Source of the DNA: Eledone cirrhosa
Lineage: Eukaryota
Assembly (NCBI GenBank): GCA_964016885.1
Contig: OZ024740.1
Coordinates: forward strand, 375,286,001-375,350,000
Direction of reading: 5' to 3'
DNA: 64,000 bases
In this document: positions 54,888 to 64,000 of the stretch, in pieces
Numbering within the stretch: position 1 is the stretch's first letter
How the letters are laid out: each line of letters starts with the position of its first letter
Position numbers and translations under genes: made by a program
Notes under the pieces: model-generated
Database searches by the model: none
What the model was told of the DNA's origin: nothing
The model's input: the letters and a program-made list of their open reading frames with translations, nothing else

Positions 54888-56141
54888 CAGGGTGCGGACG
54901 GTATTTGAGGACAGATTTATGGTTTTAAAAAAAAACCATATATAATAACGGAAAAAAACTGTATACTTATAAAAATAATATCAACATAAAGATAAAGCTA
55001 AATTATCAATGTAATAATCTCATTCAATAAAACCACCATAAGCATTAATAACTGCCTCTACACTGGGTTGAAATCGTTTGCAAGCTCGCATTAAGTGCTC
55101 CTTGTTCATATCGGACATCACTCGAACTTTGGTGCTATGGGGGTGTTCATTGAAATTGTTCTCAACGATCCCCCATGCATAGCAGTCCAGTGGATTGAGA
55201 TCTGGAGAATTAGGAGGACAACTGATGGGGCTCATGTGATCACGCAAATTGTCAGCCATCCATTCTTGTGTCAATTAAGCCTTGTGTAATGGTACAGCAT
55301 CTTATTGAAAGACATAAGACTATCCATTGCATATACTGTTCATCTAAGGCTTAACAACCTTTTCCAGAACCTCAATATATGCAGCAGCATTCACCCTAAG
55401 GCCTTGTGGAAAAAAGTGAGCAGGCATCACATGTCCTTCATTTGTAACAACACCCAAAACCATGACACTTGCATGAAATTGTGTGTGCATTACTCTTGGA
55501 ACCGCAGAAGGGTCTGCACATAGCTACTTGTCATTGCTTCTGTTAGTTTTGTGATCCAGGTCAAAGTTTTACTCATCTGAGAAAAAGCAAATCACACCAT
55601 CTTCTGATGGATTTTTAAGTTTGTTTAAAAGTATTTTGGATCTGATTAAACGCTTTTCTTTTGTTTTTTCCGACATGAATCGACCTCTCCTCATCACGTA
55701 AGATTTGAATCTGATGTCTTCATGCACAACATTTCTGATTGTTTTTTTTCTCACACACCAACATGTTTTGCAATTGACCTCATTGATTTTACTGGATTGT
55801 CATCAATGTTTTGCTTAACTTCCTCAATAAATTCAGGTGTCCTGATAGGATCAGAGCGTTTGGAATTGTTTTAAAGTCTTGATACAGGTAATATGCATCC
55901 ATCTTCTTTCTCTAACTCACACTGAATCTTGTGGACAAAAGATCAGGCAACTTTCAGAAGACGAGAAATTTCTAAATCCCCATGCTTAGCCTTCAAAGCT
56001 ACAATCACAGCATGCTTTTTCATTTCATTAGTAAGCATAGTTACTTTCATTGTTATTTTCTGAAATGTAAGTTCAATAGAAGTTAGTAAAATAAAATAAT
56101 GATGAAAAATAAGTGTGTCCTCAAATACCGCCCGCACCCAG
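54888..56141 (-). mobile_element. Degenerate Tc1/mariner transposon, probably DD37D/maT
   Basis: TIR C(A/T)GGGTGCGG(A/G)CGGTATTTGAGGACA with TA flanks. Transposase pieces FFSDE and PPNSPDLNPLD..WG. Confidence 0.9.
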
Positions 56142-56190
56142 TATATATATATATATAGTTAAAAGAATAGAGGTGTAACACACAAGTTAT

Positions 56191-56564
56191 TATATATTGG
56201 TAAATGGAATAGAAAATGCTGACAAATTGTTCACAGTAAAATATAGTTTAATTAGGAGTAAATGAGAATTAGTAATTGTATTGGTTAGTATTCAGTTTTG
56301 GTTTTAAGTTTTACCGGTTGCGCATTTCTAAATGCTTTTCAAAAATAATTTTGAGATAGAGCGTCTTTGATGTTTGCTCTGACCCGAGCAAACATCACGG
56401 ACGCTCTATCTCAAAATTATTTTTGAAAAGCATTTAGAAATGCGCAACACGTAAAACTTAAAACCAAAACTGAATACTAACCAATACAATTACTAATTCT
56501 CATTTACTCCTAATTAAACTATTTTTTACTGTGAGCAATTTGTCAGCATTTTCTATTCCGTTTA

Positions 56565-56574
<10 letters not shown>
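56191..56574. repeat. Near-perfect palindrome (~189-bp arms, 6-nt loop)
   Basis: ...TGATGTTTGCTC-tgaccc-GAGCAAACATCA...; few mismatches. Confidence 0.95.
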
Positions 56575-56653
<79 letters not shown>

Positions 56654-58013
56654 GAGATTAAAGTTTAAGCAAAGAGTCGGTGCTTTCACCATTAACGGGA
56701 TCTTCTGAAACTTATATATATTATACTTATCCAGCCCTCTTCGGATTTTAGCTTTTACAATTATTATTATTACTATATATATATATAGAAATTTTTCATT
56801 TGCATTACTCAATGAACGCTAGTTTTTGTAATACCTGAGGGAGTCACACTGAAGACTATGAACCTGATCTGAACGCAGCCGATTTCTTCCAGGAGGAAAG
56901 GGAAAGATATAAAGATATAATAGGATATTCTACTTTAAGCATTATCTAGTACTTCATTTACGGACTTGAAAACCATGAAAGGTGACATGCACCTCGGCGG
57001 GATTTGAACACACACGCACACAGGCACATACGCACACAATTTACACATATGAATGTATGTATATATGTATGTATGTATGTTCTTCTGGTTTTATAATTTC
57101 ACAAATTTTTACCAAAGAAAAAGAGAGTCGGTTTCTAACAAAGACACACGACTCTCTCATTGGAATTTACACAAAATCAACTAGGTAGATTATGTATGCA
57201 TGCATGTGTAGATATGGATGTTATTGTATGTGTGGATGTGGATGTTTTGAGTTGTATGTGTGCATGTGTATATGCTTTGTACATATGCAGTTATTCATTA
57301 ATTTATGAGATAAGTATACAACTGATCTCATTATGCATTTTGTGCATTAAAACTATGAACAAATAAACTAAAATATAAAAATCAACATTTTTGTTGATTT
57401 GTGATTAATATTTAATAATTAGTAGCAGGAAAGAATTTCTCCTTTCTTTCTCTATGATAGCTTATTAAAGGAAATAATTTTCTGTTAGTAAATATATTAT
57501 TTATGACAAATGTTGCTAAAGTTTAATTGTGCATCTGATTATGTTGATTACACACGAAGATTATTTAGTAAAAAAATATATTCTACTTTGCTTAACACAA
57601 ATATTTAAATATACGCTTATTATCTATGTACCTCTAGACAATTATACAATTAGAATATAGCCGTTCGAAATCATATGTGTGAAGACGAAAAGACCCTGTG
57701 AAGTATGTTGAGAAATTAGTAAATTTAAAATACATGTATATAAACTTTAAGCCGATATATTTTGTTTCATTTGAATGCAACTTAAACAGACATCCATATG
57801 CATATATATTCATATAAATCTCTTTAGTACAAAAGTATAAAACTGACAATTAAAACATTGTTTTTCACAAGTTAACAATCCACGTCATATAATAGTATTA
57901 AATGCATGCAATAACGTATCAAAACTGTCATCATAAAGGCATTAGAACGGATTATTTCAAGCAAATATTTCCACTACACACCTCACATACAAACACATAC
58001 ATACTTGCATACG

Positions 58014-58091
<78 letters not shown>

Positions 58092-58693
58092 TAATATGAG
58101 ACATACATAGAGATAGATAGATGGAGAGAGAGGGGTGGGGGAGAAGGATTACGCCGTTGAAAATCAATATAGATTTCAAAAGATTTACTTCAGTTTGCGA
58201 TTCATTCCTGAGATACAGATACCGCGTGTTATTTCTTCAACTAATCCCCAATGCATTCTGTATTCGTAGTGAAAGACAGGTTTCATTCAGTCAAGTCTAC
58301 TTGCATATGGTATATATATTCACAATATATATTGGTTACTATTTTGCTGTCCACAGTTGTGCATATTCATTGAAATGTATCAGCGAATGCCTTAGTATTT
58401 GTTGAAATTCCTTTTTTATTCATCTTATAAATTATTACGGAAAATCATTCATCGTTTATAGAATGTTATGTTTTACTTTACATTCTATTTGTTTTCAAAT
58501 TAATTTTGTATGTCAAGATTTCTCCATACCAAAGTCAATCTAAGTTTTGTTTTCGCCGATTTATTTTGATATACCAAGGTCACTCCAAAAGTTGAAGTTT
58601 GACAAATCTCACTTAAGTATATATATATATTAAAATAACAGATTAAAGTTTAAGCAAAGAATCGCTGCTTTCACCCTTAACGGAATCTTCTGA

Positions 58694-58777
<84 letters not shown>

Positions 58778-59049
58778 CATATACACGCGTATGTGTATGT
58801 TTGTATATATATACGATGGACTCTCCTGTCGATATCCGACGTATGAGTGTTGAATAAATGTTAAATGTGAGAAAGTGAACTGATGCTGAACTACCCACAC
58901 AAAGTTTTGTTTTAAGTGGTGAATGCTTGTGTAGGACCAACCACACTTTTTGGAACTTACGACGTATATCTTCGGTGCAAATGTTTACCACGGAAAATAC
59001 GACATTCCCCAGCTTTGTATACATCTCCGAAAGAAAAAGAAAATACTAT

Positions 59050-59245
59050 TTACATGGCCGTTGACTCAGCTGAGTTCCTCCGCCCTTTGCTGGGTCTTGA
59101 TTATTATTCCGCAGGGTGACCACATATCACCCTCCTCACCAAGCAAAGTTGGTGGGGTTGCCGGTTTAATCGCCGATGACCCGACCATGATACAGGTTGT
59201 ACTGGGTTACATTTTGTTACCAGTAGCACTCGAGAGTGACCTGAT
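59050..59245 (-). mobile_element. Possible RTE-type 5' UTR fragment or non-autonomous derivative
   Basis: GC-rich structured block containing AAGGGCGGAGGAACTCAG..GAGTCAACGGCC, recalled as RTE-like. No ORF. Confidence 0.35.
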
Positions 59246-59394
59246 ATAATATATATATATGTATGTGTGTGTGTGCGTGTATGTGTATGTGTGCGTGTGT
59301 GTGTGTATGCTTATATATATATATGAATATTCATATATATATAGAAAAACTCTAACTCTGTTCTCTCCAACACCGCTGTTTTTGTTACGTTACC

Positions 59395-59630
59395 TGCATG
59401 ATGTGGAAAATACCCCACCTGCTTTTAGGAAATGATGGTGGCATCTTCTTCAAAGTCTTGGGCCTCATACTTTCCGCCCACAACAAAAATCGAACTCACA
59501 TCTTATAACAATATTACGGCACAATTATTTCACCTCAATTAGTCCCACCTTTTTTAATATTGCACCAAAACTCATTAAATCAGAAATAAACACAAATTCC
59601 TCTAAGAAATCCGGCATAAACCTCTTACAA
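59395..59630 (+). mobile_element. Decayed 3' fragment of the same CR1/L2-group LINE
   Basis: CACAATTATTTCACCTCAATT and flanks match the reverse complement of ~37960-38190. Confidence 0.8.
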
Positions 59631-60065
59631 TAGAAAAAAAAAGTTCCTTCACTTAGGTGAACGAAGATGAGCTCATGTAAATATTTGTAAATCATTTTTC
59701 ATGTAAATCATTTGTCATATACGCGACTCGTATCGCTGTTCACAAAATATATACAAATGTGTATGAGAATATATTACGTATAACTAGAGAGATATTTTAC
59801 GTTGTTCTAGGAGAAAACGAAATTCGTGTTTCTACTTGAACAGGTTATTCGGAAGTTTTAATATATTTTAAGGTTATTAAAATTCTTTCGGAAGCTTTTA
59901 CAGACGAAATTTGATGCGATCGATATTGTGGTCTCAAAAAATATGCACTAGCGAAAAATAGTATTTTGAAATAAACTTATCTTCATTAAAATTTTCTAAG
60001 AAACATACCTTTAAAATGTTGCATCTGTCTCGTATTTTCTTTTGCATCAATTCACCCAAATTATC

Positions 60066-60168
<103 letters not shown>

Positions 60169-60461
60169 CATATATATATATATATATAAGTATGGGCAAT
60201 ATGTATATATAGATATGGACATATACACAGTGTGTATATACACATATTGTGGTAATGACTTGGTAGAGATATCCAAGTAATAGAGCAACACAAGTGTGTA
60301 GGATGGGATTAATATAATCATTAAGGAAATTTTCCACAAATGAACCCTACCAGGAACGCACGATTCGTTGGCCTGGGAGACCAATTTGTTCAACTAATAC
60401 ACTCAACCAAACACACATACACCCAAACAAACACACACACATATATATATATATGTATACG

Positions 60462-60965
60462 TGAATGTATGCATAGTATATTTGGCAATATACCGTATGT
60501 TTAATTTAAAACATTTAGAAGAGCATACGCTATCGGTTTTAAAGTAGTGACTATGTCACTTACTTCTTTTCGATGAAAGAAGGGAGAGAAACAGACAGTT
60601 TGTTTCACACTGGTTGGCGTTCATCAGAGCCACGTACTCCCCTGCTTTCGCCGCAAAGTATAGAAGCTGGATTCTTATAAATTCCTGTATTAATCAGGAA
60701 CTTCTTATACAGAGCGATTTCCGGTCCAGCAAAAATTAGGTATTAGAATTGGTGCTCTAAAATAGCGAGATATACATGAATGTATGTATTGTATATTTGG
60801 CAATATACTCAACCAGCGTGAAAGAAACTGTCAGCTTCTCTCCCTTCTTTCACCGAAAAGAAGTAAGTGACATAGTCACTAGTTTAAGACAGATAGCTTA
60901 TGGTCTCCTAAATGATTTTAATTAAACATACGGTATATTGCCAAATATACTATTCATACATTCAA
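60462..60965. repeat. Inverted repeat unit (~155-bp arms) of a hammerhead-bearing pLTR
   Basis: 60462-60616 versus 60810-60965. Confidence 0.9.
60590..60631 (-). ncRNA. Minimal type I hammerhead motif
   Basis: ggct-CTGATGA-acgc-caacca-gtgt-GAAA-ca-aac-tg-TC. The 3' strand of stem I is better preserved (agct) in the right arm. Confidence 0.65.
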
Positions 60966-62156
60966 TTATATATATATTTACGCACATACACATATATATA
61001 TATATACATTAACAGAGAAAGTTTTATGCGATACTCTGGCCAACTCCATCTCACTCAACAAACATTAGGATATACCTAAGTATAATCCCAATTTAGTGTT
61101 TGGGGTGCTAACTATACAGTATTCCGTGGATAGCTGGTTGTATTATTTTATATGAGACATAATTAAATAAATCCCTCTTTCCTTCCATATGATCGTTTCG
61201 TTAAAAGATTTCTACAATTTGGGATAAATAATGTCCAGGTTATGTAGAAACTTCTATATAATCCATAGATATACACACAAGCGGGCCCTTATAACTCATC
61301 AGTGGATGCCCATTCAATATCGATATAAAAAACTACATCGATATTAATAAATTAGTGATGGTCCCCGTCAGTGCTAAATGGACAGCTACATTTGAAAAGC
61401 CAGTAATCCTTCAAAAAGAAAATTCACACTGTCCCCAAAAAGGAAAGGGGAGGTCATCGTAAAATATAAAATAACATGCACGCTGGTCATTGAAGCCTGT
61501 TAGGTATTTAACCACATGCTTAAGAACACAATTGGATATAAAAAAATAATTATATGTATGTACCATCAATACACACATAGAGATATTAAAGAAATAATAA
61601 TAAATATATGTATGCACTATCTATACACACACATAGGTATATATATTTCCTTCGTCTAACATGTTGAATGACCCGCCAAAAACCGGGGGTTATTTCCTTT
61701 GCTGGAATTAACAGGTGACAGCTATAAATACGATACGCTGCATTTTGCAGCACATTTAGCTTATCACACCTGTTCTGGGTAGAACGAAAAGCCTGTTGAA
61801 AAACTGAATCCTCCGTTCGATCATGAATACCACGAGCTTGCCAGTCACGTAAGTCTGATATTTGATTTCGGATTCAAAGAAACAGTTTAAACGTATAATC
61901 GTTTGATTTGTCCAGGTGTATTTTTCTCAACCTGTTAGTTCTACCGTTACTTTGGTATAGTATTGTGTGTTAGATTTTGCCTACCACAATGTTCGTTTTG
62001 TCAAGCTATTTAAACGTATGATATTATTCTAAGGACCTAACTTATCGAGTGCTTTGCTAATTCATCATTTCATATAAGTAGGCCGAATTCGCTTGCAAAC
62101 CGCCAGAGATTCGATTTTACTAAATTTCCAATTATATATATATACGTTGAGAGGTG

Positions 62157-63870
62157 TATAAAGGAGAACAAACCGTTAAAACATGTTTATTTAAAACAGC
62201 ACCTACGTACGTTTCACCCATAAGGGCTTCTTAACGGCATAACAACTAAAGAGTGTTCCTTATGTGACCCAGAAGGGGTTTTATAGACAAGTTCACATCA
62301 CAGTTCATTCTTCGTAAAAAACATGTATTGATATTGCAGTAGATCAAGGGAGATAACGCCAGCCGGTGTTAGAGCAGTGTTATCCAGGCTATTTGTTGCC
62401 CGTTAGTATTTTATGGTTACTGCTTTACCATTGTCGATTCACGCAGGGTCAGGGATGCAAGATTAGTTTCCACATGTTTGTTTGCAGCGCCTGCCCGTCG
62501 GGGTCGATTCACACCGGGTCTGGGACGCATGGTTAGTTTCCAGATGTTTTTTGCAGCACCTGCCCGCCGGGGTGTTGAGGTTTAGTGCAGAGTGAGCCGG
62601 ATTACGGTTTTCACGCCTCATTCTTATTCCATCTGGAGTAAGAGATTTTTAAGCGGTGCGTGCAGCTTATCGCTGTTTCTGATCTGCTGTTGATGATCTC
62701 ATGGGGTGCCGTTATGATATGGTAAAGCTCCATGAGGCAAAGCTCGCACTTCCTCTTGATATTGTACGGTGCTGCCCCGCCGACAATTTCCCAGTACGTG
62801 GAGAAGCTGATGTTTGAGTCGTTTAATGCTGTGATGTAGTTCACGAGCGAAGTGGAGTGTCTTAGTTTCTTGTTTGTGAAAGAGTAGAGATGTGTTCGAA
62901 ATCTATTTTTGAACGGGCCAGAGGTTGCCCCTATATAATGCTTAACGCTATTATGGCTAGTTACAGTGCACCTATAAATAACCTTATCAGTCAGGCAATT
63001 TCCTCTAAGGGGGCAGCGTCCCCTGTCACGACAGTTGCAATTTCGGTCGCATTTCCTTCTAGTTCCCAAGGTAAGGCTATTATTATTGCTATCTATGTTG
63101 TTACCCACGCCTCTATACCTACCGTTAGAACCATTATATCCCACTGCGTGCGGAGTAGTAACATTATCATTCCGCACACTGCAGCGCCTTCTGTTGTCGT
63201 CGGGTGACCGTACGGGTGACCTGCATATTCCCCAGTCATGTTGCGGTTGTGTTGGTTGTGTCTGTTGTGGCGGTTGCCAGCACTATTAGGTGCTGCTAGG
63301 GAGTCGTTAAGGCCGATATGGTTGTTGTCAAGTCTAAGTGTATCGGTGCTAAGGTGCTGTGTTTTGGTGATCTTACTGTGATTAGTTGTTCCTATGATGT
63401 CTGCTAGGTTAGGAGTAGTAGAGAAGGATATTTTTATATTGTTCCTATTAAGGATTTTCCTATATTTATGGTTGGGTGGGAAGTTCTTCTCTAAGGCTTC
63501 GAAGTATATCCGGGGTATGTCGGAGGCCACAATCCGAGAGTAGGGAGGATGGAACCATAGGATGTTACGATGGCGATTCCGTGTCTTTGTATGTTTGCTA
63601 AGGGTTGTGCTATCAGTGTGACCGTTCTTATGCATGTTATTGTGTGGTAGGCTCTAACACCTGCTGGAGTTATCACCCTTGATCTACTGCAATATCAATA
63701 TAGTTTTTTTACGAAGAATTAACCGTGATGTGAACTTGTCTGTAAAACCCATTCTGGGTCACGTAAGGAACACTCTTTAGTTTGTTATACGGTTGAGAAG
63801 CCCTTTCGGGCGAAACGTACGTAGGTGCTGTTTTAAATATACATGTTTTAACGGTTTGTTCTCCTTTATA
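62157..63870 (-). mobile_element. Naiad-type PLE 3' fragment between ~225-bp inverted pLTRs
   Basis: 62157-62376 is inverted to 63651-63870. ORFs give RNILWFHPPYS..FP.NH.YRKILN..KISFS..NL and CNC...CPLRGNCL..VIYRC..YIGAT..FKNR..H..CELCL..CTH. Confidence 0.92.
62611..63635 (-). pseudogene. PLE linker + GIY-YIG endonuclease in two overlapping frames
   Basis: ORFs 63093-63635 and 62611-63177 join through one frameshift in a low-complexity insert. Confidence 0.85.
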
Positions 63871-64000
63871 TATTTATCCACGTGTAACCGCTCTGCTTAC
63901 ATCCCCGCCCACTAGATATTAAAACTTTTAATATTTAACACTGCAGGCATAAGTATTGAGCACGTTTTGCATATGCTATTGGCAAATAACTACATGTATC

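Noticed and set aside
56654-58693. Two ~55-bp copies with CAGAAGA...GAAA on the minus strand
   Set aside because: Core altered and stem I truncated by microsatellite; not counted as ribozymes.
59050-59245. HDV-like ribozyme in the RTE-like 5' block
   Set aside because: Could not fit the nested double-pseudoknot consensus by eye.
62400-62610. SECIS element downstream of the Naiad ORF
   Set aside because: No AUGA..AA..GA hairpin seen, and the zinc-motif Cys codons are TGY.

Overview
AT-rich eukaryotic (animal) genomic DNA made almost entirely of transposon debris in (TA)n/(CA)n microsatellite. The MetaSINE-type SINE and the repeat landscape suggest an octopus or other cephalopod (inference). 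No host protein-coding gene can be supported. The only long intact ORF (737-4387, minus) is a full-length R4/Dong-type non-LTR retrotransposon (RT + CCHC + restriction-like endonuclease) sitting in a (TAA)n tract. Also present: several Penelope-like elements (PLEs; Naiad-type and Neptune-type RT + GIY-YIG), an internally deleted Helitron, a CR1/L2-group LINE, RTE and Tx1 3' ends, a DD37D/maT transposon, MITEs, a tRNA-like sequence and about 8 SINE copies. The most striking unannotated signal, read by eye, is about 19 type I hammerhead ribozyme motifs with a recognisable core (CTGANGA...GAAA...NUH) from roughly a dozen unrelated sequence families. Most lie in inverted-repeat or palindromic units whose hammerheads point outwards into (TA)n. 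Some lie in retrozyme-like direct repeats. All coordinates were counted by hand and boundaries are approximate.
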